Below, piece after piece: positions 9,732 through 18,580 of a DNA stretch of 19,920 nt. A program made the position numbers and the translations under genes. The stretch's first letter is position 1, and the number at the start of each line of letters is the position of its first letter. Source of the stretch: Candidatus Bathyarchaeia archaeon (GTDB lineage Archaea > Thermoproteota > Bathyarchaeia > Bathyarchaeales > Bathycorpusculaceae); assembly GCA_038883775.1 (NCBI GenBank), contig JAVZLM010000012.1, forward strand, positions 1 through 19,920. The letters are read 5' to 3'. The notes under the pieces were generated by a model, which was not told the origin of the DNA, did not search any database, and worked only from the letters and a program-made list of their open reading frames with translations.

Positions 9732-10406
9732 TCACCAGTTTTTTAACAAAGTTTTATCAAACATGACAGCCATCCAAGAATTAACCATCATTATCGCTAT
9801 AGCCCTAAAGAAACCCCACTTAATCCAGCGCCTCGCAGAGGTTGGAACCACTTTTTTAGTGATGACTACAAACTTGCCAACTGAGGCTAATCTTTTGGCG
9901 ATATGCTGGTCTTCTGCTACGGGGTTTTCCCAATAACCGCCTATGCTGTTGAAGGCGCTTTTTCGCATAAAAATTATTGAACCCGAAACTCTGGGCTTGC
10001 AAGATATGGGTACTTTTTCAAATAATTTCGAAACTAAAGCTGTTGTTGTTAGAAACAGTGTATGATACCAAGAGCCATCATAAGGGTATAACCGAAATGT
10101 TCCGCCAGAAACCCGCTTGTCTTGCATAACTTTTTCAATTTCAGAAACCAAATCTTCAGTTAAGATTGTGTCTGCATCTAATTGTATGAGAATTTCATTA
10201 TTAGCCAATTTTGAACCAATATTTCTTGAAATTGGAATGTTCTTGTTAGAAATTATAACGGCAGCTCCAAAATTTTTCGCTATTTCCACAGTCTTATCCT
10301 TGCTCCCACCGTCAACCACTATAACTTCATACTTCCGCAAATGCCGCAATACGATAGGTAGTAACTTTTCCTCGTTTAATGTTGGAATAATGATGCTTAC
10401 GCCCAT
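9732..10406 (-). CDS. Glycosyltransferase family 2
   Basis: SIIIPTLNEE, VVDGGSKDKT, a DAD motif, AED and TSARRW. Confidence 0.92.
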   Translation of the reverse strand: MGVSIIIPTLNEEKLLPIVLRHLRKYEVIVVDGGSKDKTVEIAKNFGAAVIISNKNIPISRNIGSKLANNEILIQLDADTILTEDLVSEIEKVMQDKRVSGGTFRLYPYDGSWYHTLFLTTTALVSKLFEKVPISCKPRVSGSIIFMRKSAFNSIGGYWENPVAEDQHIAKRLASVGKFVVITKKVVPTSARRWIKWGFFRAIAIMMVNSWMAVMFDKTLLKNW

Positions 10407-10528
10407 TCACCCACTTCAAAATAAAGTTTTGGAAATCTAAAAATAAAATTTTAGCCAAATTCAAAAGATTTATGCATAAAACATCACAAATGTGTGATAT
10501 TTCCTTTCCATTTTTATTTTTACTAACT

Positions 10529-11569
10529 TTATTGTGTCACAACAATTCTTATAGGGTTTCCTATTTTCTTTTCTAGCATTTCCATTCCATAATTCACATC
10601 TTCAAGCTGCACTCTGTGAGTGATAGAAGTTGAAAGGTCTATTTTCTTAGAGTCAACAAGATTAACTAGCTGGATCATTTCTGATTCTAAATGGTCATTT
10701 ACACCGATTATCTCTATTTCCTTGCCTATTATGGTCTTATATGGTGAAACAGTTATTTCTTCAGAACCTATGCCTACGATTAGCATTCGGCCACCCTTTC
10801 CTACACAGTTGATAGCTTCTTCAATTGTGAACGTTGATCCTACAAAGTCTAAAGCGACATCAGAAAGTTTTCCATTAGTTATCTCTTTTATTCTCTCCAT
10901 GGGCTTCTCTTTAATGGCATTCACAACCTCGTCTGCACCTACTTTTTTTGCAATTTTTAGTTTCTCTTCTGAAATATCTACTGCAATCACTTTTCCAGCC
11001 CCAAAAACTTTCGCAGCCAATTGAACAGCGTGAATTCCAACTCCGCCAACACCATAGATAACAACTGTTTCCCCAATGTTTACTCTTCCCCTCCTTAAGG
11101 CATGGAAAGCTGTTGAAACAGCACATCCAATTATGGCTCCTTGTTCAAAAGGAATTGAGTTAGGTAATTTTAACACATTTCTAACTGGAACCTTTATAAA
11201 TTCAGCGAAACCTCCATCTACATCCTTTCCTATCATCTTGTAGTGTTCGCAGAGATTATCCTTTCCTGTTATGCAAAAACTACATTTCCCGCAACTTAAT
11301 ACATAGTGAACACAAACCCTGTCGCCTTTATCAACGGTCCACACATGGGGACCTACTTCGCTTATTATACCCGCTATTTCATGACCCAATATTATAGGCA
11401 GTTTCCCAACGGGGCTAATGCCTTCTCGGTAATTTATATCTGAATGGCATATGCCACTCGCTTTAACATTAACTAAGACGTCCTCCGCATCTAAGGTAGG
11501 AATCGGAACATAGTCTAAACGCAATTTCTCTCCTATCTTATGCAGCTGTGCTGCCTTCATCTTTGCCAT
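10529..11569 (-). CDS. Zinc-dependent medium-chain alcohol dehydrogenase
   Basis: GICHSD, GHE, structural-zinc motif CGKCSFC...C and Rossmann GVGGVG. ATG at 11569 is preferred. Confidence 0.93.
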   Translation of the reverse strand: MAKMKAAQLHKIGEKLRLDYVPIPTLDAEDVLVNVKASGICHSDINYREGISPVGKLPIILGHEIAGIISEVGPHVWTVDKGDRVCVHYVLSCGKCSFCITGKDNLCEHYKMIGKDVDGGFAEFIKVPVRNVLKLPNSIPFEQGAIIGCAVSTAFHALRRGRVNIGETVVIYGVGGVGIHAVQLAAKVFGAGKVIAVDISEEKLKIAKKVGADEVVNAIKEKPMERIKEITNGKLSDVALDFVGSTFTIEEAINCVGKGGRMLIVGIGSEEITVSPYKTIIGKEIEIIGVNDHLESEMIQLVNLVDSKKIDLSTSITHRVQLEDVNYGMEMLEKKIGNPIRIVVTQ

Positions 11570-11749
11570 CAATTCCACTAATCCCAATTGAATAAATGAG
11601 AGCAATACCTTAAATAATTATCCAAGCCCTAAAACCCTTGAAACGTTTTAAAAGCTTGTGGTTTACGCTTAACGCTTTAATAGAAAAATTATAGGTTAGT
11701 TGTTTGTAATATTCCATGGACCTTTTTAATTGCGTAAGTATTTAACAAC

Positions 11750-12404
11750 TTACGCGTAGGCTGGCAGCTGATTTATGAAATCTTGAAATTGAAGAATTGG
11801 AATTATAGGCACTTCATCATAAAACTTGAACTTTCCGGGAACAAGCGACAAAACTGCTGGAACAATTTTTGCATTATTCCAAGAGGCAAATTCAAATTTT
11901 CCAACAAGAGTTGACAAAGATTCAGCTAAAGCTGCTGTTCTTTTCTTTTGTTCTTGGGCAATTTTCTTTAAAGCGGATGAATACATTCCGTAACGCCAAT
12001 GTTTACAGTCAACGCATAGGATTATGGGCTTTTTGTAACCCACAACATCTATCTCCCACTTTTCACCAGAATGTCTAAACCACAAATTCTGTTTTACAAC
12101 ATAACCATTCCGTTCAAGAATTACAGAAGCTATACCTTCAAATTCTCTCCACTCAAGAAAACCGCATACTGTTTCAAAGTCGACGCCTAATTCTATGGCA
12201 TAAACAGTCAATTTAAGACGTTGAACGGCATCGGCCTCCACAAAGCTTTCTCTCAGATAAATAAGCCCTTGATTTTGCAGTTTTCTAAGCAATTTTCAGC
12301 TATTTGTGATGAATTTGTACATCATTTTTAACTATTTCTTTTGAAACTGAACCATTCTTAGTCAATTTTAATATGGAAATGATCAAATTCATTTCAACAT
12401 TCAA
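11750..12404 (-). pseudogene. Mrr-cat/NERD-like PD-(D/E)xK endonuclease with a frameshifted N-terminus (pseudogene or assembly error)
   Basis: The intact frame 12292-11750 has WREFE, EIDVVG and CVDCKHW. A TTG at 12404 after an AGGAGA RBS gives MNVEMNLIISILKLTKNGSVSKEIVKNDVQI, then reaches TAG at 12302-12300, out of frame with the rest. Confidence 0.7.
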
Positions 12405-12616
12405 TTAAGATTCTCCTAAAATATACAGAAAACAAACAAAAAAATTTTACATTTTACTAATGCTTAAAAATTTTTCCATAAACATAATAAATGCTTCCAT
12501 CGAGCTCTCTTTTCATTTAATTTTCATGTAAACCATAATAAGAAACTTCCGCAAAACTGAAACATACGGTAAGACTCAAATGGAAGGGTATCTTCATAAA
12601 ATTTGAAGGTGTAAAT

Positions 12617-13339
12617 TTGAAGGAAAAAGTTATTGGAATATTGGGTGGAATGGGTCCAGAAGCCACCGCTGACCTATTCTTTAGGATAATTAGGGAAACC
12701 CCAGCCAAAAAAGACCAGGAACACCTTAGAATAATTGTGGATAATAATCCAAAGATACCCGATAGAACCGCAGCAATATTAGGCCGAGGACCAAGCCCGA
12801 TGCCAGAGATCATTAAGACGGCTAAGAATTTGGAGAAGGCTGGGGCTGATTTTATAGCGATGCCTTGCATAACCGCTCATCACTACTATGAAGAAATAAA
12901 AAAGAGCGTAAAAATTCCCATATTAAACATGGTTGAGTTAACAGCGCAAACCATAAGCGAAAATTTTCCTAAAGCGAAAAAGGCTGGTCTTTTGGGGACA
13001 ACAGGAACTGTTAAGAGCAAAATGTTTGATAAATCACTAAACAAATTCAACATTAAAATGATTTATCCATCAGAAAATTTTCAAAAAATGGTTATGGAAG
13101 CCATATATGATTACATTAAAGCTGGAAAAATCATAGAAGGCAAAAAAATTGTGGTTAATGTGGCTAAACATCTTATTGATTTGGGTGCTGACGTAATAAT
13201 TTGTGGATGCACAGAAACGTCGCTTGTGTTAAAAAATGGAGACTTAACCAAGCCTGTGGTTGACCCTATGCAAATATTGGCTCAAACCGCCGTGAAAGTT
13301 GCCTTAGGAAAAATGCCAATTCCAAAAGATCAAGATTGA
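12617..13339 (+). CDS. Aspartate/glutamate racemase family (PLP-independent, two-cysteine)
   Basis: IGILGGMGPEAT, IPDRT, PCITAH and GCTE. Confidence 0.92.
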   Translation: MKEKVIGILGGMGPEATADLFFRIIRETPAKKDQEHLRIIVDNNPKIPDRTAAILGRGPSPMPEIIKTAKNLEKAGADFIAMPCITAHHYYEEIKKSVKIPILNMVELTAQTISENFPKAKKAGLLGTTGTVKSKMFDKSLNKFNIKMIYPSENFQKMVMEAIYDYIKAGKIIEGKKIVVNVAKHLIDLGADVIICGCTETSLVLKNGDLTKPVVDPMQILAQTAVKVALGKMPIPKDQD

Positions 13340-13430
13340 ATTTAACTGGCATAATGTAGACTGTTTAAATAAGGCTTATTGAAACCTAAATAACAATTTA
13401 ACAAACCCCAGAAGATGGAAGGAAACTCGA

Positions 13431-14720
13431 ATGTTTGAGGATTATATTTCAAAAACTCAGAAATCCAAAGCCCTCTACGAAAGAGCTAAAAGGGTTCTTC
13501 CAGCAGGCGTTTCATATGCCATAAGATATTTTGAGCCATACCCATTTTATGTTGCCAAAGCAAAAGGAAGCAAACTTTACGATGTTGATGGAAATTGCTA
13601 TATAGACTTTTGGCTTGGACACACAGCACTCATACTCGGTCACAGTCCACCAGCAGTGGTGAAAGCTGTTAAAAGGCAAATTGAAAATGGCACCCATTAT
13701 GGTGTGGCTCATGAGCTAGAAATTGCCTTGGCAGAACAAGTCACAAAAATGATTCCAAGCGCCGAAATGGTTCGCTTCACCAACTCGGGAACAGAAGCCA
13801 ACATGTACGCCATACGCCTAGCAAGGGCATACACCAGCAAAAACAAAATCGCAAAATTCGAGGGAGGATGGCATGGAGGCTACGATGCGCTTCACGTAGC
13901 TGTCAAACCACCCCTAGACGTTCCAGAATCTGCAGGTTTAACGAAGGGAGCACTTCAGGATACAATAATTTTGCCCTATAACAACCTTGAAGGAGTTAGA
14001 GAGAAACTCAAAAATGAAGAAGTTGCCGCCATCCTTATTGAACCAGTCCTCGGCGTTGGCGGAGGCGTATTCGCAGAAAAAGAATTCCTTAAAGGACTTA
14101 AGGAATTATGCGACGAAAAAGGAGCACTGCTTATCGTTGATGAGGTGATTACGGGATTCCGTTTGGCTCCAGGTGGAGTTGAACAATATTTTGGCGTAAA
14201 ACCTGACATAACGGTTCTTGGAAAAATTTTGGGAGGAGGCTTCCCAATAGGAGCCTTCTGCGGACCAACAGAAATAATGGAAAGGGTAGACACGCTTCGC
14301 TATCAAAGACCACAATACTCTTTTCACGGCGGAACTTTTGCTGCAAACCCAATAACTATGACCGCTGGTTTGGCAACACTGAAAATTCTGGAAGATGGCA
14401 AGTTAATAAATAGACTGAACAAGCTTGGAGACAAAATAAGAGCGCAACTAAGCGAAATCTTTGAGGCAAAAGGCATAACTGTACAAATTGCCGGAACGGG
14501 CTCCATCTTTAACGTTCATTTTACAAGAGAAGAATTGAAGGATGTTAGTGCTGTCTTTAGAGCTGACAGAAAGAAACTTGCAGATTACCACGCGAGGTTA
14601 ATTGCTAATGGCGTATTCTTTCTACAAACCCATAACGGCACATTGTCCACAGCCCACACGAAAGCCGACATAGAAAAACTGTTTTCTGAAACAGAAAAAT
14701 ACGCTAAAAGCATAGCATAA
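13431..14720 (+). CDS. Glutamate-1-semialdehyde 2,1-aminomutase-like class III aminotransferase
   Basis: FTNSGTEA, DEVITGFR, PLP lysine in LGKILGGGFPIGA, and GTFAANP. The closest family is HemL, but the substrate is not established. Confidence 0.85.
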   Translation: MFEDYISKTQKSKALYERAKRVLPAGVSYAIRYFEPYPFYVAKAKGSKLYDVDGNCYIDFWLGHTALILGHSPPAVVKAVKRQIENGTHYGVAHELEIALAEQVTKMIPSAEMVRFTNSGTEANMYAIRLARAYTSKNKIAKFEGGWHGGYDALHVAVKPPLDVPESAGLTKGALQDTIILPYNNLEGVREKLKNEEVAAILIEPVLGVGGGVFAEKEFLKGLKELCDEKGALLIVDEVITGFRLAPGGVEQYFGVKPDITVLGKILGGGFPIGAFCGPTEIMERVDTLRYQRPQYSFHGGTFAANPITMTAGLATLKILEDGKLINRLNKLGDKIRAQLSEIFEAKGITVQIAGTGSIFNVHFTREELKDVSAVFRADRKKLADYHARLIANGVFFLQTHNGTLSTAHTKADIEKLFSETEKYAKSIA

Positions 14721-14722
14721 AA

Positions 14723-15343
14723 TTAGCCCTTCTCTTTAAGCATCTTTTCAGCCCTTTTCAAATCCATGGGCGTATTCACATTGAAAAAACTCTTAAGCTC
14801 TGGATCCAACTGCTTCAAAACAAGGGTGGAAACATAGCGGATGCCGCGAAGCCTATCCACCATTGCCTGCATATTTAATTTTCCCTCTTTCAAAGCCTTT
14901 TCAGCAGCTTCCAAAGCTGGTTTTGTGTGATAAACTGCTTGTAATGGTTCTATGTAGCCGTTTGGCCATCGGGGGATAACAGCGTTTTTGTTTGGGCATA
15001 AATCTAACAGAAGCGAAAGAATCTCTCTAGAAAGTAGCGGCGTATCGCATGGAAGCAGAAGCGCATACTCGTTTCTCGCTTCTTTGAAGCCTTTTAAGGC
15101 GCCAACCAATGGACTTTGCACATCTCCTTCATCAACGGAAATCCTAACATTTGAGCCCACAATTTTTGCATAGCTTTCTACTTGCGTCTTAGAGCTGACA
15201 ACAACTATTTTTTCATCCACAACGTTGCCAACCGCGTCTATTACATGCCTTATGAGGGGTTTATTTGCCAAAAACAATAATCCCTTGTCTTGTCCAAATC
15301 TTCTGGAAAATCCGCCAGCAAGAATTATGGCTGACTTTTTCAA
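14723..15343 (-). CDS. mobA: Molybdenum cofactor guanylyltransferase
   Basis: ILAGGFSRRFGQDK, LPCDTP, EPLQAVY and FFNVNTPMDL. Confidence 0.9.
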   Translation of the reverse strand: MKKSAIILAGGFSRRFGQDKGLLFLANKPLIRHVIDAVGNVVDEKIVVVSSKTQVESYAKIVGSNVRISVDEGDVQSPLVGALKGFKEARNEYALLLPCDTPLLSREILSLLLDLCPNKNAVIPRWPNGYIEPLQAVYHTKPALEAAEKALKEGKLNMQAMVDRLRGIRYVSTLVLKQLDPELKSFFNVNTPMDLKRAEKMLKEKG

Positions 15344-15481
15344 TAATAATGCGTCTCCAATTTTACTTTTATTGAGAATCTCTTCTGTTCTATAAGTCTT
15401 ATGTATGAAATATTACAAAAAAGAAATACAGTATATTACTTTTATTCACCCAAAATCTCTTACGGAAGGTTGACTATAGCC

Positions 15482-15601
15482 ATGAACTCAGAGCTTAAAG
15501 AATTGAACCGCATAATATGCCGGCAATGCGACGAGAAAGATTATGAAAAATGCAAAAACTGCAAAGTCTATCGGCTCATAAACAAAATAGCAACGCAATA
15601 A
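15482..15601 (+). CDS. Small 39-aa CxxC-x7-CxxC putative zinc-binding protein
   Basis: MNSELKELNRIICRQCDEKDYEKCKNCKVYRLINKIATQ, with GGAAGG upstream. The longer ORF start at 15401 runs through AT-rich promoter-like DNA. Confidence 0.65.
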   Translation: MNSELKELNRIICRQCDEKDYEKCKNCKVYRLINKIATQ

Positions 15602-15603
15602 AT

Positions 15604-16380
15604 TTATGGCATGCTTTCTATTTTATTCGCCATATCATCCAGAATCTTCGTGAATGGATGTTCAGGCTTTTCGTTAACAAAGATCATGTTTCCTTCAGCC
15701 TTCAAAACATCACAGAAACAGGGTATCACACCCAAGAGGGGAGCCTTATACATTTCTTGAAGTTTGGCTTGAACTTCCTCCTTTTTCATCTTAGAAGAAA
15801 CATCCAACAAGGCTTTATTAAGAACTATCTCGGTTTTCTTCTCAAACAAGTCATAAAGTTCCACAAGCATACGCCTAGTTCCGTCCACGTCTGACCTATC
15901 CAAAGTTGTAGCAACAATAATCAAATCAGCACTGACAATGGCGTTTATGGATGAATATTGCAGCCCTGGACTGGTGTCAAATATTAGGTAGTCAAAACCT
16001 TTCTCGCCTAAAAGAGAATTTCTGAGAGCCAAAAGCCTCCCTAAGGCACGCATTTCCCATTTCCTATCCTTAGCAGAGATATCCCTTATGGCTTCAGTCG
16101 CTGGATTGGCTAATCCCACAAAAAGTTCGCCCTTATTTTGAAATCTTTCGCTTAAGTTTATCAAAACCTTCTCTATTCCGCAAGTGCCATTCAAATAATC
16201 ATTAAGCCAGCATTCTGCCTTCTCAATTTTGAGGATTGTGGCTAGGCTTGGGGCTCTAAAGTCGAGGTCTAATAAGCAGACTTTTTTGCCGCGTTTGATA
16301 AGAGTTGCGGCCAAGTTCAGGGAAAGGAGGGTTTTTCCTGTTCCACCTTTGTAGGAGTGGACGGCTATTATCTTACCCAA
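15604..16380 (-). CDS. MinD/ParA family ATPase
   Basis: Deviant Walker A KGGTGKT, A' motif DLDFRAPSL and Walker B DTSPG. There is no obvious C-terminal membrane-targeting tail. Confidence 0.92.
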   Translation of the reverse strand: MGKIIAVHSYKGGTGKTLLSLNLAATLIKRGKKVCLLDLDFRAPSLATILKIEKAECWLNDYLNGTCGIEKVLINLSERFQNKGELFVGLANPATEAIRDISAKDRKWEMRALGRLLALRNSLLGEKGFDYLIFDTSPGLQYSSINAIVSADLIIVATTLDRSDVDGTRRMLVELYDLFEKKTEIVLNKALLDVSSKMKKEEVQAKLQEMYKAPLLGVIPCFCDVLKAEGNMIFVNEKPEHPFTKILDDMANKIESMP

Positions 16381-16386
16381 AGTTTA

Positions 16387-16758
16387 TCACCCTTGACCTT
16401 CCCTATCCACAAAGAAATAGGCTTTCCTCCCCTTCCTCTCCTTCTTCAAATATCCCATAATAACAAGCTGGTTTAGGTAGGCACTCTCCACAGCCCTAGC
16501 CCTATGCGTTTGTTGGGCAATTTCTTCTGCCGTTGCTCTGCCAAGTCTACAAACTGTCATTGCGGTTTTTCTAAGATGGTCTGGCATGGAAAGTAACGTC
16601 ATAACATCTAAAGGGGCTTCAGGCATTATTTGCGTGTCTTTTTTGCTGTGTTTTTGAAGTTCAATCATAACCTCCATTTTCTCGTTTAGCCTTTCAAGAT
16701 TTTCTCTAATTTTCTCCAATATTTGAAGGGGTTTTTTCCCAAAAACTTGGTTATCCAC
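16387..16758 (-). CDS. Coiled-coil + winged-helix DNA-binding protein
   Basis: N-terminal heptad-like LEKIRENLERLNEKMEVMIELQK and C-terminal wHTH ATAEEIAQQTHRARAVESAYLNQLVIMGYLKKERKGRKAYF. It ends 6 bp before the ParA/MinD start. Confidence 0.85.
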   Translation of the reverse strand: MDNQVFGKKPLQILEKIRENLERLNEKMEVMIELQKHSKKDTQIMPEAPLDVMTLLSMPDHLRKTAMTVCRLGRATAEEIAQQTHRARAVESAYLNQLVIMGYLKKERKGRKAYFFVDREGQG

Positions 16759-17083
16759 TATTGTCCCCTTTTTAGTGTTTTACTTGTGTACAATAGTTTT
16801 AAGAAAAAAGCATTTATTAAGTCTTACGAAACACTTATAATGATTCACAAAACAAACACAAACTACTTACCATAAACACCATTCTTAACCCAAAAAACTC
16901 CTGAAAAAACAATAAACAATAACATAAAAGCGAACAATGCCAGATTGTATCCTGTGGCGCATAGTGCCATTTGCTCAAACATCTTGATCATTAGACTAGA
17001 TAAAGTTATGAAATAAAAAGCGTATTTCATTTCGAAAAATATTACAGAGTAAGAAAACATAACCTTAAAAAGTTAGAGGATTA

Positions 17084-17380
17084 TTAGTAGGGTACTGGCA
17101 TTTTGTTTCTGGCTTCTTCCACAATTGGCAAAACCTGTTTGAGCTCTCGGAAGTATTTGAGCACCGTTATGCCCCTTTGGGTTATGGCGTAAACGACTCT
17201 TCGCTTTCCAATAGTTCTTTCTTCCACCAAGTTCTGCTTTATCAGAAAATCTAAATATTCCTTTAAAACGCTGCAGTTAACATTAGCCTTATACATTATG
17301 TGCGTCAGCTTCAATGGACCACGGTGGGCTAACACTTTAAGAATGTCTATATACATTTCAAGTTTGGAACGTCTCATCAT
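17084..17380 (-). CDS. Winged-helix transcriptional regulator (HTH_45-like)
   Basis: RRSKLEMYIDIL...THIMYKANVN...YLDFLI...YAITQRG pattern. Confidence 0.9.
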   Translation of the reverse strand: MMRRSKLEMYIDILKVLAHRGPLKLTHIMYKANVNCSVLKEYLDFLIKQNLVEERTIGKRRVVYAITQRGITVLKYFRELKQVLPIVEEARNKMPVPY

Positions 17381-17411
17381 CCAAACCTCTTGGCGATATT
17401 TTCAACCTCTT

Positions 17412-17425
17412 TATATAAAGCTTTT
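17412..17425 (-). promoter_or_regulatory. BRE/TATA promoter of the HTH_45 gene
   Basis: The minus strand reads AAAAGC-TTTATATA about 30 bp upstream of the start codon. Confidence 0.65.
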
Positions 17426-17463
17426 ATGGATTCAAACTATGTCTTTTTCCTATTTACTCTGCG

Positions 17464-17646
17464 TTAGTAGCTCCTTTTCCTCTGTGCTCTTATTAACACG
17501 TTTATTCTATTTTGGAAAGCTGTGACCATGTCATCTAGCAATATTTTTTGCAATTCTGCCGAAAGCCCCTTAATGTTTTCCTTGAGCACCTTAGCCATCT
17601 TAACCTCCAAATCCTTCCTCTGTTTTAATGTTAAGTTTTGTTTCAA
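17464..17646 (-). CDS. Small basic helical hypothetical protein (60 aa)
   Basis: TTG at 17646 is preceded by GGAGGA. The product MKQNLTLKQRKDLEVKMAKVLKENIKGLSAELQKILLDDMVTAFQNRINVLIRAQRKRSY is amphipathic. Confidence 0.75.
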   Translation of the reverse strand: MKQNLTLKQRKDLEVKMAKVLKENIKGLSAELQKILLDDMVTAFQNRINVLIRAQRKRSY

Positions 17647-17873
17647 GGATTTTCCTCCAAGACACTGCAAAAGGAATAGTCATCTGCTATTTAACTAACT
17701 TATGAACCTAGAATATAGATTGAAAATCCATATCAAAAATTTCGTGTTTAGCTATTTTCGAAACTTTTCAAATGAGTTACTATGGTCAAATTAAGTTTTA
17801 TGAAAACATTTTATATTGAAAAATATCATAGTTTTATCCAAACCACCTATGTAATAGAGGAAGTCGATTGTAG

Positions 17874-18422
17874 GTGTATGCGAAATTAAAAGATCGCTTT
17901 AGAAAAACCTTAAACATAATTAAAACGAAGAAGACTACTTTATCAGTCTTTTTCATATGGAGCCTGACTATTGCATTCGTCGTAATTAAGTCATATTGGT
18001 TACTATATGTACAAAATCCTGTTCTTATCGAAAAAAGAATATGGGCGTTTAGTCCTTTAGGCTACAGCGTATGGCTTCCTCACCTTTTTATAGAGGATTA
18101 TATTATCATCATCATCGTAAGTTTCGCGGCCGGAGTTTTTCTAGAAGACCTAAGCGATATTTTCTATTCTTGGTTCGCGTCCAACATTTTGTCTTTTGTT
18201 TGTTCCACTCTTTATATTTTCTTTTACGTATGGATTTTCGTTGGGGTAGGAGATTACTTCTCTAGTTTAGGCATCGCAAATGAATTGATTCCTTGGGTTT
18301 TTCTTTACGTGATGATCAATATATTGTGGATGTACCTTCCGCTAGTCATATGTTTTACTTTGCTGGCCAGTTTTGTTGGTGCGCTTTTAGGGTCGAGATT
18401 TTTTCCTTTGCGGGATATTTAA
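17874..18422 (+). CDS. Hypothetical integral membrane protein (about 4-5 TM)
   Basis: 182-aa ORF with several long hydrophobic stretches and no motif that I recognise. Confidence 0.75.
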   Translation: MYAKLKDRFRKTLNIIKTKKTTLSVFFIWSLTIAFVVIKSYWLLYVQNPVLIEKRIWAFSPLGYSVWLPHLFIEDYIIIIIVSFAAGVFLEDLSDIFYSWFASNILSFVCSTLYIFFYVWIFVGVGDYFSSLGIANELIPWVFLYVMINILWMYLPLVICFTLLASFVGALLGSRFFPLRDI

Positions 18423-18580
18423 TCTCCCTAACCGTTTAGCTCCCTTTTTATAACCTCATGCTGAAATTCATTTTTGTTGATGTGCTTTTTGTACCTTACA
18501 AAAATTATGTCCACTACCAAATTTTAAAGCATTCAACTCTAATGGAGAACGTTTTTATTTTTGGTTTTACCTTATTTTTT

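Noticed and set aside
10483-10498. Palindrome ATCACA-AATG-TGTGAT upstream of the GT2 gene
   Set aside because: A single short palindrome; it could be an operator but there is no further support.
11732-11755. Hairpin GCGTAAGT-N8-ACTTACGC at the nuclease stop codon
   Set aside because: It is possibly terminator-related, but too short and isolated to call.
16845-17060. AAACA-rich repeats and the 65-aa ORF 16863-17060
   Set aside because: Low-complexity A/C-rich DNA without regular spacing; not a CRISPR or iteron array, and the ORF is probably spurious.
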